IMG/VR virus record: IMGVR_UViG_3300044858_003641
Span: 1-40,285 of that record
Direction: 5' to 3' (one strand)
Source: a virus
Lineage: Duplodnaviria; Caudoviricetes
DNA: 40,285 nucleotides
The translations under genes and the position numbers were made by a program. The notes under the pieces are model-generated. The model searched no databases, was not told the origin of the DNA, and saw only the letters and a list, made by a program, of their open reading frames with translations. Of the stretch, positions 1 to 9,753 are shown piece after piece (positions within the stretch are counted from its first letter, which is position 1; the number at the start of each line of letters is the position of its first letter).

Positions 1-2
1 TG

Positions 3-3000
3 GGTCGGTTCCTCAAGGACGTGAATGTCGGCGCGCCGATCTGGAAGATGATGCGCAACCAGTTGGTGACGGAGAACCTCACCGAGCAGGCCGCCACGGC
101 ATGGCAGGACTTCAACGAATGGGCCATGCTGAACCCCGACAAGCCATTCCAGTCCTATCTGGATGCGCGACCCGGCGCGGCGCTGGATACGCTGATCGCC
201 ACCACCACGGCAACCCTGTTGCAGACCGGCGCCGTGCAGGGCGCCATGCGCTCCCAGATCCGGCAGAACCGCGCCATCCAGGCCGAGCGTGCCGGCCAGG
301 CGCTGGACTACCTCAACACCTCGATCGGCAACACCGAACTGTCGAAGCGCGACCGCGGCACCTTGCAGCAGTTCTTGCAGTCTGCCAGCGAGAACGAGGA
401 CGGCACCGAGCAGACCGTGCGGATCAATGCGCTGGCGTTTGAGAATACCCTGATGCAGGCCGGCGTCGATCCCCAGCAAGTGCTGGCGCAACTGCCGACG
501 GCGCAGGAGCAGTGGGCCGTGGCCAAGGAAGTCGGCGGCGACCTGGTGCTGCCGCTCTCCGAGGTGGCCGCGCAGACGTTCGGCACCGACGTGGGAAACG
601 CCCTGCTGCCGCACCTGGCCGTCGGCGACGAGAGCATGAGTCTCGCCGAGGCGCAGGACTTCCAGAAGGGGCAGGCCGAGGAATTCCGCAAACAGGCCGA
701 GGTGGTGATGGCCGAGAAGGAGCGCGACGACGTGTTCGTGCAGTCGGCCCAGGAGGTCGAGCAGACCATCACCCAGCAACTGGCTACCGCCAACCGATTC
801 ACGCCGGACGTCAATCGCGCCTACGCTACCCAGATGCGCGACTTCTATGTCACCACGGCAGCGCGCATGGGGATCACGCCTGGCGAACTGTTCAAGCAGT
901 TCCCGATCAGCATCGTGGCAGAAGGGCAGGGGGCGCTGGAACAGGGCGACACGGTGATACCGACAAGTACCGTCAAGATCGGGAAGGCGTTCTCCTCGCT
1001 TGTAAATACGCTAGGCAGAGATGACGTCAGCGAATTGCTGATGAACTGGAACGATTCGGAACTTAGCAACGATGGGGCCAAGATCATTTTGTTCCCAGGC
1101 AGAGACAGGCGACAGTCTTACGGCGAGCTTGGTGGAAGCGTGAAAGTCGGCAAGGCCGAGTTCTTGTCATGGTTGCATAGTGACGCACCGCTTGATCCGG
1201 CCGTGTTCGATGTGTCTGAAGAATGGAAGGCCAAGGTCGAAGCTGCGCGCAAGGCGACAGGGCTTGCTCCTGCGCAACCGACTTTTAATCCCGTCGACAT
1301 CAACTCACCCGAGTTCAAGGCGTGGTTCGGTGACAGTAAGGTGGTTGATGCCGACGGTAAGCCGCTGCGGGTGTATCACGGCACCCAGCGCGCCCCAAAC
1401 GGAATTGAAAAATTTGGATCGCCGGCCGCTTCTTACGCAGGGCAACCGAGTGCGGGTGCGTCTTGGTTCACGAGCAACGCAGACACTGCCAGTGATTACG
1501 CTGATTGGATCACTGGTATTGGAAACCAGACTGTCTACCCGGTTTATTTGTCTTTGCAAAATCCTGCGTCACTCGACGACTACGACAGAGTGACGGAGCC
1601 ACTTAAGGGCGTGGACCGAAATCCAGAAATTGGCCTGTACGACGATGGGGCAATTGACGCTTTGAAAGCAGCGGGATTTGATGGTGTCATGTGGACGCAA
1701 GCCGATGCGAGTGGTGGCCCTGCGGGGTTCTCAGATGACTACGACCTCACGATCGTCGCCTTTGACTCCAATCAAATCAAATCCGCCATCAGCAACATCG
1801 GCTCCTTCTCAAGCACTGATCCGAGGATTTTGTATCAGAAGAACAAACCGGGAGAGGGCGCCAACTTCACCACCGGCGACCTAGACAAGGTCAACCCTGC
1901 CGTGCGCGCCGCAGTCGAGTCGCGCATCAGCAAGATGTTGCCGGAAGACCAGCAACGCATCCGCGCCAACTTGGAAGAACACAAGAGCACTGCCTGGGCC
2001 GCGGCGGCCGTCAAGGGCATGGCCTATCGCGAGATGCTGGAACGTGCGATGGCCGGCGAAGACATCAGTGATCTGGAGGTCAATCAGATCTGGGGCAAGC
2101 AGGACATGGCCGCCACGCAGATCATCAAGACCTTCAAGAAGTACCCTGATGTCGGCGCCAAGCTGCTGACCTCCTATCTGCGCACCTACGACTTCATTGG
2201 CGGAAACCGCAAGGCCGAGAACGACATCTCGACATCGTTTGCCAACTGCGCACCGAGCAAAGCGTGCGCCGTGCATTGCTATGCCGCTGGCAGCAACGCC
2301 CGGCCGAACGAGATAGCAAAGTCGGAATTCACGGAATTTATGATCGAGCATTTCCCGCTGGAGATGACCGACAAGATCGTTGGCGATTACATGGCCACCG
2401 CCGCTGGCAAGGCCGGCCTGTCGCTGCGACTGAATGACAAGGGTGATCTGTCGCCGGCGCAGGTCAAACTGATCGGGTTGCTGAATGACCAGGGCGTTGC
2501 CGTCCAGGTATTCTCAAAGCGCCCCGAACTGCTGCGCTCGATCTCCGACATGAACCTCAAGATGCTGTCCATCGACGGCACCAACATGGCCGTGGCAGAG
2601 GCCAACCCTGACCTGCGACTGGCCGTCACGATCACCGACGACATGACCGAGGAAATGCTGACCCCGTTGCAGGATCGCGTGTCGGTGTATTTGCCGGTCA
2701 ATCTCAAAGGGCAGGCCATCACCCAGGAAGAACTGCGCTCACGGTTCCCGAATCTGTACGGGCGCATGCGCAAGGAAAACCTGTGCCCGGTGGATGGCGG
2801 AAAGCTGATCACCAAACCCGGCACGTCGTTCGTTGACATCAAGGACGGCACGGCGGAAAAGGGGGTCTGGACCTGTACGGCCTGCGACCTGTACGGCAAC
2901 GCCGGATGCTTCAAGGGCGACCGCGCCACCAACCAGCGCAAGGCGCAGATCCTTCTGGTGTCCGATCTCAAGCGTGACCTGGAGATCAAGCGGGCTAGAA

Positions 3001-6000
3001 AAGAACTGGAAACTCAGCTAGACTTACTGCAACGAATTGGAGGCATCGATGCTGCCCAACGAAAACTCATTGGCGAAGCACTTTCTCAAGGGCAACGCGA
3101 CCTACGGGAAGATGCTGTCGCCGGACGAATTGTCTCAGGTGACCCAGGCGCAGGCGAAGCGATTGGCGGAACAGGCGAAAGCAGCGCAGGAATACGAAGT
3201 CCTGATGGCAACACCTTCGCGCAACCCGGCGCCACAGACAACCGCGGTGGGTTCAGTCCCGAGTCTCTAACCCTCATCCTTGGCAAGAAGGCCGACCTCT
3301 CGACCTTCTTGCATGAGTCTGCCCACTTCTATCTGAAGGTGATGGGCGACCTGGCCGGGCGCCCGAATGCCCCAGCGCAGATCCGCCAGGATCTCGAAAA
3401 GACCCTCGCCTGGTTCGGTATCCAGGGATCGCCGGACGTGTCGGCGACAGACCTCTGGAACGCGATGTCGCTGGAGGAGCAGCGCCCCTACCATGAGAAA
3501 TGGGCCGAGTCTTTCGAGGCCTACCTGTTCTCGGGCAAGGCGCCGAGCATCGAACTCCAGACCGTGTTCTCGCGCTTCAAGCAGTGGATGCTGCGCGTCT
3601 ATCAGTCGTTCAAGGACTTTGCCGCCGGCCATCCCGAGGCCGAGATCAACCCTGAGATCAGCGCCATCTTCGACCGTCTGCTGGCGACCGACGAGCAGAT
3701 CAAACTGGCCGAGCAGGCCCGATCGATGATGCCGCTGTTCGGCAACGAGCAGCAGTCCGGCATGACCCCGGGCGAATGGACGGCCTACCAAGAACTGGGC
3801 CAGGAACCGACCGACGAGGCCAAGGCAGACCTCAACGCCAAGGGCGTGCGCGATATGACCTGGTTGCGGCGCCTGCATGCCCGCTTGGTGAAGAAGTACA
3901 ACGCCGAGGCCGCGGCCCTGCGCGAGCAGGAGATGATCGAGGCGCGCCGTGAGGTGATGTCGCAACCGATCTACCAGGCGTGGTCGTTCCTCACCGGCAA
4001 GCCGCTGGCGGAACCTGACCAGGCCTATCAGGAATACAAGCAGGCGCGCGCGAAGTACGACGCCGACCGTGCCGCGGAACTGGACAAGCAGCGCAAGAAC
4101 GCTGAAGACCAACTCTGGAACGGATCGGCCGAAGGGCAGAAGAAGTACCGCAAGCTGAACACGATGCAGAAGGCGCGCACGTCGTTCATCAGCGCCATGG
4201 ACGACCAGATCAACGCCCTGCGCGACAAGCTGATGGCGCCGTGGGATGAGGCGAACGTGGCGCCGGTCGACCCGCGGCCGAAGGCCAGCAAGGAGAAGTC
4301 ACCGGAAGGTGTGGATGAGAAGCGCGACAGTCTGTTCGTCGCCATTGCCAAGCTGGGCGGGATCAGCAGCGAGCAGGCGCTGGGCGAGGGATGGATACAG
4401 AAGGGCGACAAGTCACCGCAACCGGCATTCGGCAAGCGTGTGTGGCACAGCAAGGGCAAGACGCTGGATGAGATGCGACTGGTGCTGGAGCAGTACGGCT
4501 ACACCTTGCCCAACGATCCGACCAACCCGAACTGGAATCCGCGGGAACTGGAAGAAAAGTTCGGCGAGGAACTGGCCGGCGCGCCGCAATACTCGCTCAA
4601 CGCCGACTACGACTACTTGATGGGTGGGCCGGAAAGTTCCGACGTGGCGCAGGCCGACTACGGCAAGATCCGGCTCGACTCCCTGCGCGAGATGAAGCTG
4701 CCCGAGGAACTGATCAATCACCTCAAGGCGCTGCGCATGACGGCCGCCGAGGGATTTGATCCAGATCAACTCGCCGAGCGGTTCCGATTCTCCAGTGGTG
4801 ATGAACTGGTGCGGAGCATTGCCGCGGCCAATACGCCGAAGGAAGCGATCGAGGCGCTGGTGGATCAGCGGATGCTCGAGAACCATGGCGAATTGGCCTC
4901 GCCGCAGGCGATCGCCCTGGCGGTGGATGCTGCCATCCACAACGAGGCTCGCGCCCGTCTGGTGGCCACGGAACTGCGTTTCCTGACCAAGGTGCAGACC
5001 CCGGTGCGCGTGCTGATGTCGGCCGCCAAAGACTTCGCCGAGCAGATCCTGGGGCGCAAGAAGATCCGTGACCTGACGTCGGCGCCGTTCATCTCGGCCG
5101 CCAGCCGCGCCGCGGCCAACGCCCAACAGGCCATGACCGATGGCAAGCAGGATGTCGCCGCGGCCGAACTGCGCAACCAGTTGCTGAACACCACGGCGGC
5201 CAACCGGGCGATCGGCGCCAAGGCCGAGGTGGAGAAGTCGCTCAAGTACCTCAAGAAGTTCCTGCACGGCAACTCGCGCAACTCCATCGACGTCGAGTAC
5301 ATGGAGCAGATCGAGACCCTGCTGGAGCGGTTCGATCTCAAGCCGGCCAGCAACAAGGCGATCGACAAGCGCACGGCGCTGACCAAGTGGGTGACAGCAC
5401 AAGAGGATGCCGGGATGGAACCGGATATTCCTGACTACCTGCTGGCCGAGGCAAACCGCACACACTACAAGAACCTGACTCTGGACGAGTTCCGCGGACT
5501 CGTAGATACCGTGCGCCAGATAGAGCATCTTGGCCGGCTGAAGAACCGTCTGCTGACCACCCGTGACAAGCGGGCCTTCGACGAGGTGGTTGGCATCCTC
5601 AAGGCCAGCATCGACGCCAACAACGTCAAGGGGCGCCGGGCCAACAACATCGAGCGGGACACCTGGGCATCCCGCGCCGGCAGCGTGTGGAAGGGGGCGA
5701 TGGCCGTGCACCGCAAAATGGCCAGCATGGTCCGCGAACTCGACGGGTTCAAGGACGGCGGGCCGATGTGGGAATACCTCTTGCGCTCGATGAACGACGC
5801 CGGCAACCGCGAGGCCACCATGCGCGAGCAGGCCACGGTGCGGCTCAACGAGATGTATCAACCCCTGCTGAAGCTGGGGGCGATGGGCGGCAAGGGGGTT
5901 GCTATCCCGGCGATCGGACGCAGTCTCAACCGCACCGAGCGGATTGCCGTGGCGCTGAACGTCGGCAACGACGGCAACTACCAGCGGCTCAAGGACGGGT

Positions 6001-7616
6001 ACAACTGGAACGATGCCCAGGTTGATGCTGTTCTTGCCACGCTGACCCGCGAGGATCTTGCTTTTGTGCAGCAGGTCTGGGACTTCTTTGAGTCCTACCG
6101 TCCGCAGATCGGCGCCAAGGAGAAGCGGGTATCCGGCAAGGAACCCGAGTGGATACCTGCCGTGCCGCGCACCGTAACGCTGGCGGATGGAACGCAGGTT
6201 GATCTGCGTGGCGGGTATTACCCGATCAAATACGACCCGCGCCAGTCGGTCAAGGCAGGTCAGCACCAGGATGCCGAGGATGCCAAGGCCATGATGCGGG
6301 CGGCCTACACCGCAGCGACAACCCGGCGCAGCTTCACCAAGCAGCGCGCCGCCGAGGTCAGCGGGCGCCCGCTGCTGCTGTCAGCGGAGGGGTTGTTCTC
6401 AGGAGCGTCGGACGTGATCCACGACCTGGCCTGGCACGAATGGTTGATCGATGCCAACAAACTGTTGCGCGCCGTCGGCCAGGACATCAACGACATCTAT
6501 GGCGCCGAGTGGGTGACCGAGTTCAAGAAGACCGTCGAGGATACGGCCCGCGGAGAGCAGGGGGCAAACAACATCATCGAGCGCGGGCTGAACCATATTC
6601 GCACCGGCGCCACCGTGGCGGGGCTGGGATGGAACCTGATGACGTCGCTGCTCCAGCCGCTCGGCCTTACCCAGTCGTGGGTGCGGATCGGGCCGGCATG
6701 GGTGGCCCGCGGCATGAAGGGGTTCCTGTCTGACCCGCTGCATGCGCTGGAGAAGATTTCCGCCAAGTCGGAATTCATGCGTGTGCGCGCCAAGACCATG
6801 CAACGCGAGATCAACGAGATCCAGAACCAGGTGCGCGGCGGCAAGGGGGAAGTGCGCACGGTCATCGAGGGGTCGTTCTTCACCCTGATCCAGAAGGTGC
6901 AGTTGGTCGCCGACATTCCCACCTGGATGGGGGCATACGAGAAAGCAATGGCCGAGAACACCGACGAGGCCATGGCCGTGGCGCTGGCCGACCAGGCAGT
7001 GCTCGACTCGCAAGGCGGCGGCATGATCAAGGATCTGTCGCGGGTGCAGCGCGGCAATCCGGCGTGGAAACTATTCACCAACTTCTATTCGTTCTTCAAC
7101 GTCGCATTGCAACTCGGCGTCGAGCGGACCCGCGCCACCAACTTCACAAAACCGGGAGAGGTGGTCAAGCTCGGTGCCGACTATCTGATGCTCTACAGTG
7201 TTCCCGCCGTGCTCGGCGCATTGCTCAAGGATCTGATAAAGGGTGGCGACGACGATGAGGAAAAGCTGATCAGCAAGTTGATTGCCGAGCAGATCAGCTA
7301 TTTGCTGGGGCTGTTCGTCGGGGTGCGTGAGATGACTGCTGCCGCGCAGAAGGCCGCCGGCGTGCAGCAGTTCAACACGGCCTATTCCGGCCCGGCTGGC
7401 TTGCGCTTCTTCCAGGAACTGGACAAGCTCACCAAAGAGATGGACCAAGGGGAATGGGACGATGCGCTGCGCAAGTCGGCCGTCAATGTGGGGGGCATCC
7501 TGTTCCACTACCCTGCCGGACAGATCAACCGCACCATTGACGGCACGGCCGCCCTGGTCGAAGGGCGCACCAGCAATCCGCTGGCGCCGCTGGTAGGTCC
7601 GCCGCCGAAGAACTAG
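3..7616 (+). CDS. Giant internal virion/DNA ejection protein, polyvalent type (5'-truncated, >2530 aa)
   Basis: Frame is open from base 3 (GRFLKD...), so the true start lies outside the window. Mostly helical, Ala-rich. Lies just before the tail fiber, as the large ejection protein does in T7/BPP-1-like podoviruses. Contains FKAWFGDSKVVD..PLRVYHGT (ART-like), Cx5Cx3CYA (Gp88-like) and FLHESAH (HExxH). Confidence 0.85.
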   Translation, partial: GRFLKDVNVGAPIWKMMRNQLVTENLTEQAATAWQDFNEWAMLNPDKPFQSYLDARPGAALDTLIATTTATLLQTGAVQGAMRSQIRQNRAIQAERAGQALDYLNTSIGNTELSKRDRGTLQQFLQSASENEDGTEQTVRINALAFENTLMQAGVDPQQVLAQLPTAQEQWAVAKEVGGDLVLPLSEVAAQTFGTDVGNALLPHLAVGDESMSLAEAQDFQKGQAEEFRKQAEVVMAEKERDDVFVQSAQEVEQTITQQLATANRFTPDVNRAYATQMRDFYVTTAARMGITPGELFKQFPISIVAEGQGALEQGDTVIPTSTVKIGKAFSSLVNTLGRDDVSELLMNWNDSELSNDGAKIILFPGRDRRQSYGELGGSVKVGKAEFLSWLHSDAPLDPAVFDVSEEWKAKVEAARKATGLAPAQPTFNPVDINSPEFKAWFGDSKVVDADGKPLRVYHGTQRAPNGIEKFGSPAASYAGQPSAGASWFTSNADTASDYADWITGIGNQTVYPVYLSLQNPASLDDYDRVTEPLKGVDRNPEIGLYDDGAIDALKAAGFDGVMWTQADASGGPAGFSDDYDLTIVAFDSNQIKSAISNIGSFSSTDPRILYQKNKPGEGANFTTGDLDKVNPAVRAAVESRISKMLPEDQQRIRANLEEHKSTAWAAAAVKGMAYREMLERAMAGEDISDLEVNQIWGKQDMAATQIIKTFKKYPDVGAKLLTSYLRTYDFIGGNRKAENDISTSFANCAPSKACAVHCYAAGSNARPNEIAKSEFTEFMIEHFPLEMTDKIVGDYMATAAGKAGLSLRLNDKGDLSPAQVKLIGLLNDQGVAVQVFSKRPELLRSISDMNLKMLSIDGTNMAVAEANPDLRLAVTITDDMTEEMLTPLQDRVSVYLPVNLKGQAITQEELRSRFPNLYGRMRKENLCPVDGGKLITKPGTSFVDIKDGTAEKGVWTCTACDLYGNAGCFKGDRATNQRKAQILLVSDLKRDLEIKRARKELETQLDLLQRIGGIDAAQRKLIGEALSQGQRDLREDAVAGRIVSGDPGAGEAIGGTGESSAGIRSPDGNTFAQPGATDNRGGFSPESLTLILGKKADLSTFLHESAHFYLKVMGDLAGRPNAPAQIRQDLEKTLAWFGIQGSPDVSATDLWNAMSLEEQRPYHEKWAESFEAYLFSGKAPSIELQTVFSRFKQWMLRVYQSFKDFAAGHPEAEINPEISAIFDRLLATDEQIKLAEQARSMMPLFGNEQQSGMTPGEWTAYQELGQEPTDEAKADLNAKGVRDMTWLRRLHARLVKKYNAEAAALREQEMIEARREVMSQPIYQAWSFLTGKPLAEPDQAYQEYKQARAKYDADRAAELDKQRKNAEDQLWNGSAEGQKKYRKLNTMQKARTSFISAMDDQINALRDKLMAPWDEANVAPVDPRPKASKEKSPEGVDEKRDSLFVAIAKLGGISSEQALGEGWIQKGDKSPQPAFGKRVWHSKGKTLDEMRLVLEQYGYTLPNDPTNPNWNPRELEEKFGEELAGAPQYSLNADYDYLMGGPESSDVAQADYGKIRLDSLREMKLPEELINHLKALRMTAAEGFDPDQLAERFRFSSGDELVRSIAAANTPKEAIEALVDQRMLENHGELASPQAIALAVDAAIHNEARARLVATELRFLTKVQTPVRVLMSAAKDFAEQILGRKKIRDLTSAPFISAASRAAANAQQAMTDGKQDVAAAELRNQLLNTTAANRAIGAKAEVEKSLKYLKKFLHGNSRNSIDVEYMEQIETLLERFDLKPASNKAIDKRTALTKWVTAQEDAGMEPDIPDYLLAEANRTHYKNLTLDEFRGLVDTVRQIEHLGRLKNRLLTTRDKRAFDEVVGILKASIDANNVKGRRANNIERDTWASRAGSVWKGAMAVHRKMASMVRELDGFKDGGPMWEYLLRSMNDAGNREATMREQATVRLNEMYQPLLKLGAMGGKGVAIPAIGRSLNRTERIAVALNVGNDGNYQRLKDGYNWNDAQVDAVLATLTREDLAFVQQVWDFFESYRPQIGAKEKRVSGKEPEWIPAVPRTVTLADGTQVDLRGGYYPIKYDPRQSVKAGQHQDAEDAKAMMRAAYTAATTRRSFTKQRAAEVSGRPLLLSAEGLFSGASDVIHDLAWHEWLIDANKLLRAVGQDINDIYGAEWVTEFKKTVEDTARGEQGANNIIERGLNHIRTGATVAGLGWNLMTSLLQPLGLTQSWVRIGPAWVARGMKGFLSDPLHALEKISAKSEFMRVRAKTMQREINEIQNQVRGGKGEVRTVIEGSFFTLIQKVQLVADIPTWMGAYEKAMAENTDEAMAVALADQAVLDSQGGGMIKDLSRVQRGNPAWKLFTNFYSFFNVALQLGVERTRATNFTKPGEVVKLGADYLMLYSVPAVLGALLKDLIKGGDDDEEKLISKLIAEQISYLLGLFVGVREMTAAAQKAAGVQQFNTAYSGPAGLRFFQELDKLTKEMDQGEWDDALRKSAVNVGGILFHYPAGQINRTIDGTAALVEGRTSNPLAPLVGPPPKN

Positions 7617-7765
7617 ACCTTGCGTTTCATCGCGTAGCGGGCGACCGCTATCGCAACCACCAGTCCGGCGAGGAACACCGTCGGGCTGGACTGGTCTGCG
7701 CCGAACATTCCGGCCAGCATGTTGAACGCGATCATGGCGCCCATTGCAGCAAGTGTGGCTCTCAT
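7613..7765 (-). CDS. Small two-TM membrane protein (50 aa), moron-like
   Basis: ATG at 7765 with AAGGAGG RBS at 7777-7771. Sequence MRATLAAMGAMIAFNMLAGMFG...FLAGLVVAIAVARYAMKRKV has two hydrophobic segments and a basic tail. TACAAT at 7791-7786 on the minus strand. Confidence 0.7.
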   Translation of the reverse strand: MRATLAAMGAMIAFNMLAGMFGADQSSPTVFLAGLVVAIAVARYAMKRKV

Positions 7766-7799
7766 GGCGACCTCCTTATGCGGGCATTGTATCCCCGCC

Positions 7800-7831
7800 G
7801 TGCGTTTAAGCGCATGGGAGTACCAGAGAAT
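7800..7831 (+). promoter_or_regulatory. Putative late promoter, copy 1 (tail fiber/lysis)
   Basis: GTGCGTTTAA (7800-7809), 16 nt, GAGAAT (7826-7831), upstream of ATG 7857. Confidence 0.7.
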
Positions 7832-7856
7832 GTGGCATTCCTCGCGGAGGCTACGC

Positions 7857-8972
7857 ATGACAATCTCCAGCACCTACACCCCGGCGCAATTCAGTGGCAA
7901 CGATGTTGCAGTGGCGTTTGCCTTCACCTTCAAGACGTTTGACCAGGCCGACCTGGTTGTGGTGCTGACCAGTTCAGCAGGCACCGAGACCACGCAGACG
8001 ATCACCACCGAATATACGGTTGCGCTCAACGCTGACCAGAACAACAACCCGGGCGGCACCGTGACCATGCTCACGGCGCCGGCGACCGGCGAGACCCTGA
8101 CGATCGCCCGCGAACTCGACGCCTTGCAGGAAACCGACATCGCCAACGGCGGTGGGTTCTACCCCGAAGTCCTCGAGGATGCGCTCGATCGCCTCACCAT
8201 GCTCTCGCAGCAGAACTCCGACATTCTGGCAAGATCCTTGCGATCGTCGGTGGCCGGCGGATCGGTAGGCGACTTGCCGACGGTGGCCGATCGCGCCAGC
8301 AAGTACCTGGCATTCGATGCCAATGGTGATCCGGTAGCCACCAGTAGCACTGGCACTGGCCCGGTGATCTCGACCTTTGCCGAGACTCTGCTGGACGACA
8401 CCACGGCGGCGGCGGCAAGAGCGACACTTGGCGTGGCCATTGGGACGAACGTCCAGGCGTACAACGCCACCCTGGCCGCCATTGCTGCGCAGGCCGAGGC
8501 CGCCAACAAGATCCAGTATTACACGGCCGACAACACCCCCGCACTCCTAGACTTCAAGGACGAGGACAACATGGCCTCGGACTCGCCCACTGCGGTCCCG
8601 TCGCAGCAGTCGGTCAAGGCGTATGCAGATACCAAGACCACTTTGGCAGCGACAGCGGCGGCAGATTGGGCGCCAAAGGCGTGGATCAGATTCAACGGCA
8701 CCGGCACCCCGGCGATTGTGTCCAGCTATAACGTCGCCAGCATTACCGACAACGGCACCGGCGACTACACCATCAACTTCACAACCCCGTTTGCCAATAC
8801 GAACTACTGCTTAATCGGAACGGCCGATTCTCAAATTGGCTCGACCAACGCAACCCGTAGCGTCGAAATTCACACTTTGAGTGTTGGCAGTGCGCGCATC
8901 CAAACCGTCAACTCAGCGGGTGGACTTGAGGATGTGGAACATGCTGTCATTATGATTTTTGGGTCACAGTAA
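7857..8972 (+). CDS. Tail fiber protein (371 aa)
   Basis: GGAGG RBS then MTISSTYTPAQFSGN..FAFTFKTF..DL.V..EDALDRLTML, resembling the T7 gp17-like N-terminal adaptor. C-terminal KAWIRFNGTG..SITDNGTGDYTINF is a common fiber tip motif. Confidence 0.85.
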   Translation: MTISSTYTPAQFSGNDVAVAFAFTFKTFDQADLVVVLTSSAGTETTQTITTEYTVALNADQNNNPGGTVTMLTAPATGETLTIARELDALQETDIANGGGFYPEVLEDALDRLTMLSQQNSDILARSLRSSVAGGSVGDLPTVADRASKYLAFDANGDPVATSSTGTGPVISTFAETLLDDTTAAAARATLGVAIGTNVQAYNATLAAIAAQAEAANKIQYYTADNTPALLDFKDEDNMASDSPTAVPSQQSVKAYADTKTTLAATAAADWAPKAWIRFNGTGTPAIVSSYNVASITDNGTGDYTINFTTPFANTNYCLIGTADSQIGSTNATRSVEIHTLSVGSARIQTVNSAGGLEDVEHAVIMIFGSQ

Positions 8973-9010
8973 CTACATCCCGCCAGCATAGGCGAGAAGG
9001 GAAGAAGCAA

Positions 9011-9319
9011 ATGGACAACGATGCACAGCAATTCGTCAACGCGGCTCTCGGGGTGATTGCTTTTCTCGGTGGCGTCGTCATGAAGGTGGTCTGGGATGCG
9101 GTGGCAACACTCAGAGTATCGCTCAAGGAGATGCGTGACGAGGATGCCAAGCTCGCTTCCAAGGTGCAGGCCATTGAGGTACTGGTCGCCGGGACGTACA
9201 TCAAGCGCGATGAGTTTGAGAAGTTATCCCAGGCCTTGTTCAGCAAACTCGACAAGATCATGGAGAAACTCGACTCCAAGGTGGATAGGGGCGAGTGCGA
9301 ACGGTTCCACGACAAATGA
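9011..9319 (+). CDS. Membrane protein with N-terminal TM and coiled coil, holin-like lysis gene
   Basis: Hydrophobic N-terminus; ATGA-coupled to the lysozyme gene. Confidence 0.6.
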   Translation: MDNDAQQFVNAALGVIAFLGGVVMKVVWDAVATLRVSLKEMRDEDAKLASKVQAIEVLVAGTYIKRDEFEKLSQALFSKLDKIMEKLDSKVDRGECERFHDK

Positions 9320-9753
9320 TTCCTTCGCCGGCCTGCATCGAATTCGTCAAGTCGTTTGAGGGGTTCCAGGCGAACGCCTACAAATGCCCCGCAGGGGTCT
9401 GGACGATCGGGTACGGAACCACAGAATACGTCCAACCGGGCGACACGGTCACCGAGGCCGAGGCTGAACGTCTGCTCTACAACGAATTGCTTTCCTGTTC
9501 GGATGCGGTGTGCGATCTGGTCGATGTCGATCTTGAGCAGCACCAGTTCGACGCCCTGTGCTCATTCATCTACAACGTCGGGCGCAGCGCATTCTCGGGA
9601 TCGACCCTGCTCAAGCTGATCAACGCCGGCAACTTCTCGGCCGCGGCGGCGCAGTTCCAGCGCTGGAACAAGGGAGGCGGCAAGGTGCTGGCCGGACTGT
9701 CCAGGCGGCGCGAGGCCGAGCGGGAGATGTTCAATGGCGACGTCGCTGCTTAA
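9316..9753 (+). CDS. Endolysin, GH24 lysozyme
   Basis: FEG..AYKCPAGVWTIGYGTT, QFDALCSFIYNVG..STLLK, GLSRRREAE motifs; start by ATGA overlap at 9316. Confidence 0.93.
   Translation: MIPSPACIEFVKSFEGFQANAYKCPAGVWTIGYGTTEYVQPGDTVTEAEAERLLYNELLSCSDAVCDLVDVDLEQHQFDALCSFIYNVGRSAFSGSTLLKLINAGNFSAAAAQFQRWNKGGGKVLAGLSRRREAEREMFNGDVAA

Noticed and set aside
4413-6266. 617-aa - strand ORF, and similar long ORFs at 18391-19953, 21800-23491, 33946-35241 and 36371-37801
   Set aside because: All lie antisense to well-supported genes and have shadow-frame composition
7719-7856. Upstream extension of the tail fiber ORF given in the ORF track (similarly for int, cro, terS and tail tube B)
   Set aside because: Downstream ATGs fit better by RBS, coupling or family N-terminus; the extensions overlap promoters or other genes
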